NCBI RefSeq assembly: GCF_009914755.1
Contig: NC_060933.1
Strand: one strand, 5' to 3'
From: the human T2T-CHM13v2.0 reference genome, Homo sapiens
DNA: 64,000 nt
Positions within the stretch are counted from its first letter, which is position 1; every line of letters begins with the position of its first letter. The notes beneath the pieces were generated by a model, which was given only the letters and a program-made list of their open reading frames with translations, had not been told where the DNA came from and ran no database searches. Below, one piece after another: positions 25,143 through 38,960 of this stretch. A program made the position numbers and the translations under genes.

Positions 25143-26614
25143 TCAAGAAAATAAAAATAAAAGAAGAAGCCAGGTGTGGTGGCTCACGCAAGTAATCCCA
25201 GCACTTTGGGAGGCCAAGGCAGGTGGATCACCTGAGGTCAGGAGTTCCAAGACCAATATGGCCAACATGGTGAAATCCCATCTCTACTAAAATTACAAAA
25301 ATTAGCCAAGTGTGTTGGCAGGCGCCTGTAACCCCAGCTACTCAGGAGGCTGAGGCAGGAGCATCACTTGAACCCGGTGGGCAGAGGTTGCAGTGGGCGA
25401 AGATCGTACCACTGCACTCCAACCTGGGTGACAGAGCGAGACTCCATCTGTAAATAAATAAATAAATAAATGAAGAGTATTACCTAGTCTTAAATAAAAC
25501 ACCTACTCTACTCCTTAATGTGAGCCCTATTTCATACTTCAAATCCAAATAGTTAACTGGATTCCAATTCAATTATGCTGTCCAGCATGAAAATTAGTGA
25601 TCAAAAAATGGAAACTTATCAAACATTGTTTACAAACGGGTAAAAAAAGGCTGGGCGCCGTGGCTCACCCCTGTAATCCCAGCACTTTGGGAGGCCGAGG
25701 CGGGCGGATCACGAGGTTAGGAGATCAAGACCATCTGGCTAACACTGTGAAACCCCGTCTCTAATAAAAATACAAAAAATTAGCCGGGCGTGGCGGCAGG
25801 CGCCAGTAGTCCCAGGTACTCGGGAGGCTGAGGCAGGAAAATGGCATGAACCCAGAAGGCGGAGCTTGAAGTGAGCCGAGATTGCACCACTGCACTCCAA
25901 TTTGGGCAACAGTGAGACTGTCTTCAAAAAAAAAAAAGGGTAGAAAAAAATAAAAATTAAAAAAAAAATTTTTTTTTGAGACGGAGTCTTGCTCCATCCA
26001 GGCTGGATGAAGTCCAATGGCACATGGCTCACAGCAACCTCCACCTCCCGGGTTCAAGCAATTCTACCGCCTCAGCCTCTGGAGCAGCTGGGACTACAGG
26101 CACGCGCCACCACACCAGGCTCATTTTTGTATTTTTAGTAGAGACGGGGTTTCACCATGTTGGTTAGGTTAGTCTCGAACTCCCGACCTCGTGACCCGCC
26201 CGCCTCCGCCTCCCAAAGTGCTGGGATTACAGACATGAGCCACAGTGCCCAGTCACAAAAGAAAATTTTTAAGGAGCATCTTTGAGAAACTTAAAAAATG
26301 TCAAGTAAACTCAGCAGGAAATATCAGCATAAGTGGTTTACATTAAAATTGTAAAAACTAATCTGATAAATTTGATTCTTTGAGTTAGTAAAAAAAGGAT
26401 CCTATTCCTAAATACTTGATAGTTGGGGCAAAATTACTTCAAAATCTACCACAAAGATTACATGGTGATATTCCCTACATGTCCTCCCTCTCTTTGCCTT
26501 CCTTCAGGTTATATCTCCACTCTTTGGAAAAAACGGCTGCTTCTAAAATCTATCAGAGATCTACTAACTTACCAGTCAACACCATGGGTACCATAACACT
26601 TAGCTTTTAAGAAC

Positions 26615-26672
26615 GCTCCATTTACTCAAAATAACAACTAAGAGCTCCATTTACTCAAAATAACAACTAAGA
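26615..26672 (+). repeat. Perfect tandem duplication, 29-bp unit x2 (GCTCCATTTACTCAAAATAACAACTAAGA)
   Basis: 26615-26643 is identical to 26644-26672. Confidence 0.95.
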
Positions 26673-27007
26673 ATGAACGGGTATTTGCTGACATACAGGT
26701 TTCTCACAAGGAAAAATAAAGACAGATGTGCTTAAGGGCAGAGAACTTTACAATCTGTAAATGCCTGCAGACTGCTTCTTTAGAGCAGGCATTAACCCTT
26801 GCTAATATACTTAACCACCCCCACCCCCCAACCCCACAAAGTGTCTTATTAACAAAGGAAATCTTAACAATAAATCATCATTTAAAAAAAAAAAAAAGAG
26901 GACTGGGAAATCAACAATTCAAAGCTAACATTTTAGAAGTAAAGGCTTCATGCCGGGCGGGGTGGCTCACGCCTGTAATCCCAGCACTTTGGGAGGCAGG
27001 CGGATCA

Positions 27008-27252
<245 letters not shown>

Positions 27253-29392
27253 TCAGACCACTCCAAACCTTCAAGAAAGGTTTGTACTTTCTACACATAT
27301 TTTATACTTAAGAGGGTAGATACCGGGACCAGTTCCCATCACAATACAAGTACATATTGAAATAAACCTATTAGTCTCCATGTTCTCACACCATCACACC
27401 ATTTCTCCCCATACAATAAAAGTCACTCAGGCTAATACTAAGAGAGACACTCCTGGTGATCACTACATAGACTGCACTAGTAACCAGGAAAGGGAAGCAG
27501 AGGTGTTATTGTTGTTCCAATATAGTTCTAAAGGCAACTCCATGTGACTACTGCTGATCCAGCCCACATTTAAAGGGAGGACAGAGGAAACCAGAGCAGC
27601 AGGAAACAGGCAAGAGAGGCAATTACCACAACCCTTTCCCATGGCCTCATTCTCTCCCATGCCACCACTTTCGGGCATATTTCAATCACAACAAAAACCT
27701 TCCTTCTCTGAAAGGTTTCATAATTATTGAGGGTGAGAGGCAACAGGGAAGCAAATGGGGGAAATCAGCGCTGTGGGAAAATCTCTCGTCACACGTATCA
27801 ACTAGCCATAAGTAGGAAAATCAGGAGTATGCTGGCAGCAAGCAAAAGGGCAGTTTGGGAAACTAATCACTTCTGCCTAATGATAAGAGAAGCCTTCAAA
27901 GCAATGGAAGGACAACCCTAGCGAAGGGGCTCCACAGGTGAGTGTATTGAAAGAAACTATCATCTCCAGGGAGTGGAATACATTCCCTTTCCTGAGGTAA
28001 AAGGGGAACACACCAATGTAGGATACGGGAGAGCTTAGGTATCATGTTCAACTTCCTTCCACCTTTCACAAACTGGCACTAAAACGGATACACAATTCAC
28101 AGTGAAAAGTGAGGAATGCAATAACTAGTCGCATACCCCTTGTTGAAAAAAGTGCTGTCACAACGGAAGAGGAATATAAGAACTGGGTTCACCCAAGAAA
28201 TTATATGCCCTTCAAATAAAAGATAATCTTTGGATACCTTATGGAGACCTGAAAAAACCCTCAACTAGCTGAGCACCGTGGTGCACACTGTAATCCCAGA
28301 TACTCAGGAGGCTGAGGTGAAAGAATCGCTTAAACCCAGGAGCTGGAGGCCAGCCTGGGCAACATATGGAGACCATATCTCTAAAATTAATAGTAATTTT
28401 TTAAAATCTCTCAACTGTTAGGATACACTGGTGCTGTAGAAAGACAATAAGCCTAAATACTGGCAAACCATATACCTTCCTTGAATGTGAGGTAAAAACA
28501 ATATCCAATAGAAGTGGTAGTAAATGACTGGATTACATCAAACAGGAAATAACAGTAATAATGATGGGATCAACCCCTAAAGCGAGCAAGCATTAGAGAC
28601 CAGAGTGGTGACAGTTGAGATGCGTGGGCAACTAATTAGACTAAAAACTCAGGGGAAAATGTGGAAAAGCCGAGTGGGAAAGTGATTCAGAGGCAAACAA
28701 CTGAGTTGTAATGCACCAATGAAAGAATAACATTTTGAGTATGTATTATTAACAGAGAGAGCTTTGCCGTTTACAAAGCGCTCAAAAACCTACATTAAAT
28801 AATGAACTGTGATATAACCAGACTACAGGAACGGCGGGTGTGGAGGAAAACTGAGTCCCAATTGAGACCAATGCCCTACAGAATTGAAAAGAAGTAGAAC
28901 TGAACTGTGACTCCGGGTAAGCCAGGAAAGGTTAGAGAGCGCATAAGTTGGGGCTATAACAGGGCCAGTCCCAAGACTAGCTACGGGCGTGAAAGCGGAA
29001 AGGTGATGAGATGGGACCGACAGCGTGGCGGGGAAGCTCCAGTCTACTGGCAGGCACCGAGGTGGGAGAGAAAACCACACCCTCCAGGGCAGAAACCCGA
29101 AAGGGGGGAGGGGAGGCACCCCTGGGGCTGGGTGGGGCCCAGCCGACCTGGACGGGGGAAAGTAGGAAGAAGCACAGGGCAACGTGAGGGGAAGAGGAAG
29201 GAGGGAGCCCGGGCCTGGACGTAGAGGGACCGTGGACCTGGCGAGTGAAGCTCGGCCCGGTCCTCACGGGTGGGCGCCGGGGCAGTCTGCAGGCGGTGGG
29301 GTTTCAGACGAGCTGAACCCAGAACTAGAAAGCACACGCTGCAGCGCTCAGGGCCCTGGAACAGGGAAGGAGAGGGAGAGGATGGCAATTAC

Positions 29393-29517
29393 CGCTGCTG
29401 CTCTCGGAGGACCCAAGACCCGCTGCCGCCGCCGCCGCTCGTTACCTGCCAATGTGCCTCTTACAAAGCGGCGGCGGCGGCACAGGCTGCCCAACCCGTC
29501 ACGTGACCTCGCGTCAC
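29393..29517 (-). other. UBAP2: Non-coding first exon (5'UTR) of a minus-strand gene, probably UBAP2
   Basis: Lies in the CpG island. The minus strand reads GTGACGCGAGGTCACGTGACGGG...GAGAGCAGCAGCG|GTAATT with the donor GT at 29392-29391 and no ATG. Gene identity is recalled from the exon end, the long Alu-rich first intron and the adjacent 7SK pseudogene, not from alignment. TSS is approximate. Confidence 0.72.
29498..29507. promoter_or_regulatory. Palindromic E-box GTCACGTGAC (USF / TFEB-TFE3 CLEAR type) with adjacent CRE half-site GCGTCA at 29511-29516
   Basis: Exact 10-bp match at the presumed TSS. Confidence 0.7.
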
Positions 29518-29808
29518 GGGCGAAGGAGGAGCCACAACACGTCGCTCGTGCGCGGCTTCAGAGTCAGCCTAGGCGGCGCGCGGCCTCTTCCAGCCACCAC
29601 CTCCACCCCAACCCCGCGAAGCCAACCGCGTGGAGGTGGGGACCACAGAAAGGAACAAATAAGGGAGACTTGATAATATGTATTGTACTCGGAGTCATCA
29701 GGAGAGTATTACCCACCGCATACAAGGTGCCCACAACTGCAGCTCGTCGTCGCGCCGTGATGACCTCACAAAGCACCACAGGTTACTCCCCTGTGGCCGC
29801 CCTGTGCT

Positions 29809-29820
29809 CATCACGTGATG
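29809..29820. promoter_or_regulatory. Second E-box, perfect 12-bp palindrome CATCACGTGATG
   Basis: Read directly, ~300 bp upstream of the TSS. Confidence 0.55.
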
Positions 29821-30050
29821 TGGTCCAACCACTCAGGGCAAGCCTGGCCTCCCAAATGTTGCACGAGGGGACCACGACTCCCAACATGCTGCACAGCCAA
29901 GGCGACCCCTACCGCAGCCTTTCTCCAGCGGGCTTCTAGACGAACCCCCTAGAGACCTTAGAGCCGAGGGAAGGCCGGGACGGAAAGCGGACTAAGCTGG
30001 CTTGAAGGACTAATACCATTGGATGCCGCCCGCCATGTGGCGGAGCGTGG

Positions 30051-30072
30051 TGCCTGCTGGGAGGTGTAGTCC
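30051..30072 (-). promoter_or_regulatory. ZNF143/THAP11-type motif GGACTACACCTCCCAGCAGGCA
   Basis: Close match to the ACTACAnnTCCCAGCATGC promoter motif; a degenerate copy is at 29869-29892 (+). Confidence 0.65.
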
Positions 30073-30130
30073 TGGCGGGGGGTGGGGTTCCGCTCCCACG
30101 TTCCTGGGCTCGCTCTGCGCCCTGCCCCCT

Positions 30131-30141
30131 GCGCGGGAAAA
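30131..30141 (-). promoter_or_regulatory. E2F site TTTTCCCGCGC
   Basis: Matches the TTTSSCGC consensus inside the CpG island. Confidence 0.45.
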
Positions 30142-30533
30142 CGCCAACGGCTAGCAGCGAGAGCCTCGGCAAGGCGGAAGGTGCGCCCACTTTTAGTCTT
30201 TTTCAGTGCGGTTTTACTTTTGCCCTCCCAAGCCCCTTCTGGGTGAAAAGACTAGAATCTACTGAACGCCTACTCCAAGTCAGCCGTTTATTTCTGTTAT
30301 ATCATATAATCAACTCCTTGAGTCCAGGATTTTCCCTATTTAAGGATTAAAAAAAAGAACCTTAGAGTTGTTTGTTGACCGAAGAGACCCAGGTTTTCTG
30401 TCTTTAGAAAATTAATGACCTCCTCTCAATAGGATCTGACCTGTTGTCAACTCCAAGAATTACGAATAAATAAGATGATGGTTTATAATTGTAGCATGGT
30501 GTTTTAAAGTATTTTCCATTTACTGGCCTGTTT

Positions 30534-30780
30534 GGATGTGAGGGCGTTCTGGCTATCTTGTCACCCCATAGATCGCCAGGGCTGATTCGGCTGATCTGGC
30601 TGTCTAGGCGGGTGGCCCCTTCCTCCCGCACCTCTCCATGTGCGTCCCTCCCGAAGCTGCATATTCGGTCGAAAAGGAGGAGCATCCCCCATAGAAGAGG
30701 ACAAGTCAAGGATATAGGAGTAGCTGCACGCCCGTGTTAACAAGCTCTCAAGGTCCTCTAAACAAGCTCTCAAGGTCTAC
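30534..30780 (+). pseudogene. RN7SKP114: 7SK snRNA retropseudogene, 3'-truncated (about nt 1-245 of 7SK) with no poly(A) tail
   Basis: Starts GGATGTGAGGGCG and follows 7SK through GATCGCCAGGG, CTGATTCGGCTGATCTGGCTG, CCATGTGCGTCCCTCCCGAAGCTGC and AACAAGCTCTCAAGGTC. Flanked by the 14-bp direct repeat TTACTGGCCTGTTT (30520-30533, 30781-30794). The 7SK identity is secure; the numbered symbol is from memory. Confidence 0.92.
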
Positions 30781-31758
30781 TTACTGGCCTGTTTTATCCC
30801 AAGCTAGTTACATACAAGGACTTTGCAGTCCCGGCATGCCTTATCTCAATTGGAGCTTTCCTCTGTAATAACACTTCACCGGCTTGTGAAAATTAAATGA
30901 GATTATGTAAAATGCCTGCTTGACACATAATAAACCCTCAGTAAGTATCAGTAATCATTTTCACACTCTACCCATCGGGCCCAAAAGGTCTAAGTAAGGT
31001 AGAAAGGGGAAATTAGCTTATACTGAACTTTGTACAGGGCACTATGCTAATTACTAATTTGCTAGTTATTAAGTAAAACAATTGACATCTTAAACAGCCC
31101 TATCTAGTTCAAATAAAGCCTTTGTTATTCATCTGAATTAAAGAATGCTGCCGGGCGTGGTGGCTCACACCTGTAATCTCAGCACTTTGGGAGCCGGAGG
31201 AGGGCGGATCACAAGATACGGAGTTTGAGACCAGCCTGACCAACACGGTGAAACCCCGTCTCTGTTAAAAATACAAAAAAATGTCCGGGCGCGGTGGCTC
31301 ACGCCTGTAATCCCAACACTTTGGGAGGCCAAGGCGGGCCGATCACGAGGTCAGGAGATCGAGACCATCCTGGCTAACACGGTGAAACCCAGTCTCTACT
31401 AAAAATACAAAAAAATTAGCCGGGCGTGGTGGCGGGCGCCTGTAGTCCCAGCTACTCGGGAGGCTGAGGCAGGAGAATGGCGTGCGGAGTTTGCAGTGGG
31501 TCGAGATCGCGCCACTGCACTCCAGCCTGAGCGACAGAGCAAGACTCCGTCTCAAAAAAAAAAAAAAAATAGCCTGGCGTGGTGGCACACGCCTGTAATC
31601 CCAGCTACTCAGGAGGCTGAGGTAGGAGAATCACTTGAACACAGGAGGTGGAGGTTGCAGTGAGCCAAGATAGCACCACTGCACTCCAGGCTGTTCGACA
31701 GAGCAAGACTCTGTCTCAAACAAAAAAAAAAACAAAGAATGCTTAGACTGTGCCTTTA

Positions 31759-32124
<366 letters not shown>

Positions 32125-32199
32125 TCACCTCTTTTGACAATGAGCTAGGATTGTGTCTTGTCTGTTCGTCTTCCTCCTGTTTGCCCTGCTGCTTTATAG

Positions 32200-32544
<345 letters not shown>

Positions 32545-32863
32545 TCAAAAAGAAAAAAATGACAGATCAGGAGAAAAGGATTCTGAAAGGAATATACAAA
32601 CTTGATAACAGTGGCTGGCTCTGAGGGGTGGGAAAGAGGTTTGTGATTGGGGTTGCTGGCCCAAAGGGACTGCAGTCTAACGTTTTCGCTTTTTACTTGG
32701 AGAAGGCACTGGTATATAACTTACGTAATTATAAGATTAACTTGGCCCAGCGCGGTGGCCAAGCACTTTGGGAGGCCAAGGTAGGCGGATCACAAGGTCA
32801 AGAGATTGAGACCATCCTGGCCAACATGGTGAAACCCCGTCTCTACTAAAAATACAAAAACTA

Positions 32864-33016
<153 letters not shown>

Positions 33017-33169
33017 TCAAAAAAAAAAAAAGAAGATTAACTTTATGAGGTCGGGCGCAGTGGCTCACATCCGTAATCCCAGCACTTTGTGAGGCCGAGG
33101 CAGGTGGATCACTTGAAGTCGGGAGTTCAAGACCAGCCTGACCAACATGGAGAAGGCCTGTCTCTACTA

Positions 33170-33351
<182 letters not shown>

Positions 33352-34217
33352 TTAGCTTTATGAAAAGGAAGACCAGAGACCACGTGTTAGCTCTGTGACC
33401 CTGTACAAGCTGTGTCACTTCTCCAGGCCTCAATTTCTTGTTAAATTCATTTTCAAAAACATCTGCCTTTTCTGTGTCAGGGACACTGTGCTGGTTACTT
33501 TTATTACATTATCATTTATTAAGCAAGAAGTCCTACCAAGAACCTAGGATCAGAGAAAATAAGAACATCAAAGCCCTAAAACCTCACTGATTACTGTTAT
33601 TGGGACCTGGATGCAACAGAACTAGCCTTTCCCTCCCCGTCCCTCACACAAAGGATATCATTCACCTTATCCACCCAGCTTGACTCTGAGACATTGACTC
33701 TGAAACTAAAACTAATTTCACATCCTGTGACTGCAAAGGACATCCCCATCTTTTTTTTTTTTTTTTTTTTGAGACAGAGTCTCACTCTGTCGCCCATGCT
33801 GGAGTGCAGTGGCGCGATCTCGGCTCGCGGCAAGCTCCGCCTCCCGGATTCACGCCTTTCTCCTGCCTCCGCCTCCCAAGTAGCTGGGACTACAGGCTCC
33901 CGCCACCATGCTCGGCTAATTGTTTTAGTATTTTTTAGTAGGGACGGGGTTTCACCGTGTTAGCCAGGATGGTCTCGATATCCTGACCTCGTGATCCGAC
34001 TGCCTTGGCCTCCCAAAGTGCTGCGATTACAGGCATGAGCCACTGCACCTGGCCATCCCCATCTTTTTTACCAGTTTTTGTTTGCTTCAGTCTTCTTGCT
34101 GGACTAAAGTGAGCACATAATGTCATGGAAGATACACTGGAGAATTTATCAGAAACCTGGGTTCTGAAGTCTGTACAAATGGGTGGCAATATGATAGATA
34201 GGTGTGTGAAATCATTC

Positions 34218-34382
34218 TTTTTTTTCTTAGACAGGGTCTTGCTATGTTGCCCAGGCCAGAGTGCAGTACCTATTCACAGGTGTAATTATAGTGTACTATA
34301 GCCTTTAGCTCCTGAACTCAGGCAGTCTTCCCACCTCAGCCTCCAGACTAGCTGAGACTACAGGCAGTGTGCCACTGCACGG
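34218..34382 (-). mobile_element. FAM (fossil Alu monomer)
   Basis: Retains the 7SL-derived segment CTATTCACAGGTG, which dimeric Alus lack. Confidence 0.65.
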
Positions 34383-34902
34383 GGATCTGGAATCAGTAAT
34401 TCTTAGATGAGGCCCGTCTTCAGAAACAACCAGTAATAGTAATAGGTGGCTGAGATTTAGGAGGATACAATCAAGGCATATAAACTCCAAAGCAGAACAG
34501 GTGTGGTGCCTCACGCCTGTAATCCTATCACTCTAGGAGGCCGAGATGGGAGGCTCACTTGAGGCCAGGAGTTCAAGACCAGCCTGGGCAATATAGCAAG
34601 ACTCCATCTCTATTTATATATACATATATTTATTTTCTTAATAAAAAACTCCAAAGCAGAATTTTCACAAACTAGATAAAGCTAATCACAGTTGAAATCT
34701 TTTTTTTTTTCTTTTTTTGATACCGGGTCTCACTCTGTCGCCCAGGCTGGAGTGCAGCGGGCGATCTCAACTCACTGCAACCTTCACCTCCTGGGTTCAA
34801 CCGATTCCCATGCCTCAGCCTCCCAAGTAGCTGGAACTACAGGCAGGCACCACCATACCCAGCTAATTTTTTTTTTTTTTGAGACTGAGTCTCGCTCTGT
34901 AG

Positions 34903-35067
<165 letters not shown>

Positions 35068-35400
35068 TAGCCAGGATGGTCTCGATCTGCTGACCTCATG
35101 ATCCACCTGCCTCGGCCTCCCAAAGTGCTGGGATTGCAGGCATGAGCCACCGCGCCCGGCTATACCCAGCTAATTTTTGTATTTTTAGTAGAGACGGGTT
35201 TTGCTGTGTTGGCCAGGCTGGTCTCAAACTCCCGGCCTCAGGTGATCTGCCCACCTTGGCCTCCCAAAGTGTTGGAATTACAGGCGTGACCCACTGCACC
35301 TGGTTCACAGTTGAAATCTAATGTACTCTCTTAATTGTAAAATAAATGTCATAATCAAATGCATTATACCCTGCCTAAAGAATGTGATAATACGAGGTCA

Positions 35401-35682
<282 letters not shown>

Positions 35683-36286
35683 TTAATAAGCAAAAGCGTA
35701 TGCCTTGCAAGAAACAGGGTGGCCTAACCAGCACTTAGAACATTTTGACCCCTTAGCAGATTTCTGCCTTTAGCAGATGAAGATGGGTGTTCCATGCCTA
35801 TTAACCATAAGGTTCCCTAACCTGTGTTCCATGTTTTCAAGCAACCTACTGATTAGAATTTGGCTGCTATTTAATACTTTCCTCCAGAGAAGTGAATGTG
35901 CTGTTGACCAGAGAACCATATGTTATTTGGCTTGACTGAAAATTAGTGTACTGGCCAGGCGCAGTGGCTCATGCCTGTAATGCCAGCACTTTGGGAGGCT
36001 GAGCTGGGTGGAGCACCTGAGGTCAGGAGTTTGAGACCAGCCTGACTAATGTAGTGAAACCCCATCTCTACTAAAAATACCAAAAAATTAGCATGGCATG
36101 GTGGCACATGCCTGTAATCCCAGCTACTAGGGAGGTTGAGGCAGGAGAATTGCTTGAATCCAAGAGGCAGAGGTTGCAGTGAGATCGCGCCATTGCACTC
36201 CAGCCTGGGCGACAGAGCGAGACTCCTTTAAAAAAAAAAAAAAAGCTAAAGAGAAAGGAAAGGAAAGGAAAAGAAAATGAAAATTA

Positions 36287-36514
<228 letters not shown>

Positions 36515-36916
36515 TTACAGGCATGAGCCACTGCGCCAAGCAACCCCACCTCTATTTTTAAGAAAACGAAAAACAACTGGCCAGGCGGGTTCAAGTGATG
36601 CTCCTGCCTCAGCCTCCTGAGTAGCTGGGATTATAGGTGCATGCCACCAGGCCCGGCTAATTTTTGTATTTTTAGTAGAGATGGGGTTTCACCATGTTGG
36701 CCAGGCTGGTCTCGAACTTCTGACCTCAGATGATCCACCCACCTTGGCCTCCCAAAGTGCTGGGATTACAGGGGTGAGCCATTGCGCCCGGCCTGAGATG
36801 CTGAACTTTAAATGCAGTGACCAAAAGAAGTAATCATAATGTCACTGTGTGAGGCCTTTTGGGCATGGTGACTTACACCTGTAATCCCAGCACTTTTGGA
36901 GGCCTAGGAAGGAGGA

Positions 36917-37327
36917 TTTCGAATTGCTCTAGTATTGACTTTGGAAACAAAAGACATCGTTCTATTTATAGCATTCTGGTTTTGGTAGTAGTATTTCCAT
37001 TTACAAAATATAGTAATTCTCAATCGCCGATAATGTCAAATCCTAGAAAACACAGCAGTCCTACATGTGATTTTAACATCATTCTCAAAGAGTTGTTGGC
37101 CGGAGACTCATTTCACGAATCCAATTTTTCCAAAATAGACAATTCTGATGATTCAGATGATCCTGATCTTAGTTCTGTTTAGAAATAACTCCAAGAACAG
37201 TTTTTTAAATTTTATGTTCACATTGAAAACCAGTCAGATTTGCTTCGGCCTCAATGAGCATGTTTATGTGAAATTAAATGAGCACTGGCAGCGAGCTGCA
37301 CTTTTTTTTTTCTAAACCAGGAAAGGG
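36917..37327 (+). mobile_element. MER75 non-autonomous piggyBac DNA transposon, left end missing
   Basis: Matches the recalled MER75 body (GCTCTAGTA..GACTTTGGAAACAAAAGACATC...GGCAGCGAGCTGCAC). Ends AAAGGG followed by the piggyBac TTAA site at 37328-37331. Confidence 0.85.
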
Positions 37328-37530
37328 TTAAAAACCTTTGCTTAGGCCAGACACAGTGGTTCATGCCTGTAACCCCAGCACTTTGGGAGGCCAAGAGGGG
37401 ATGGTCCCTTGAGCCCAGGAGTTCAAGACCAGAATGGCCAACATGGCAAAACCCCATCTCTACTAAAAAATACAAAAATTAGCCAGGAGTGATGGTACAC
37501 ACCTGTAGTCCCAGCTACTCAGGTGGCTGA

Positions 37531-38112
<582 letters not shown>

Positions 38113-38273
38113 TCAAAGAAACAAAACCAAAAAAAAAAAAAAATCCCTTTGCTATGGCCAGGCACAGTGGCTGATGCCTGTAATCCCAGGATTGGGGGAT
38201 GCCATGGCCAGCAGATTGCTTGAAGCCAAGAGTTCGAGAACAGCCTGGGCTACATGGCAAAATCTCATCTCTA

Positions 38274-38960
<687 letters not shown>

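Larger units (their letters stand above)
28980..30190. promoter_or_regulatory. CpG island / TATA-less housekeeping promoter
   Basis: Only extended non-repeat stretch with high GC and dense CpG; contains E-box, ZNF143, E2F, YY1-like and ETS-like motifs. Confidence 0.9.

Noticed and set aside
29184-29939. 251-aa + strand ORF across the CpG island
   Set aside because: Starts at GTG, is Arg/Pro/Ala-rich as expected from GC content, has no recognisable domain and is antisense to exon 1.
30534-30780. Functional 7SK gene
   Set aside because: 3'-truncated and diverged, flanked by a TSD, and lacking a recognisable PSE/TATA upstream and the 3' hairpin with its U-tract.
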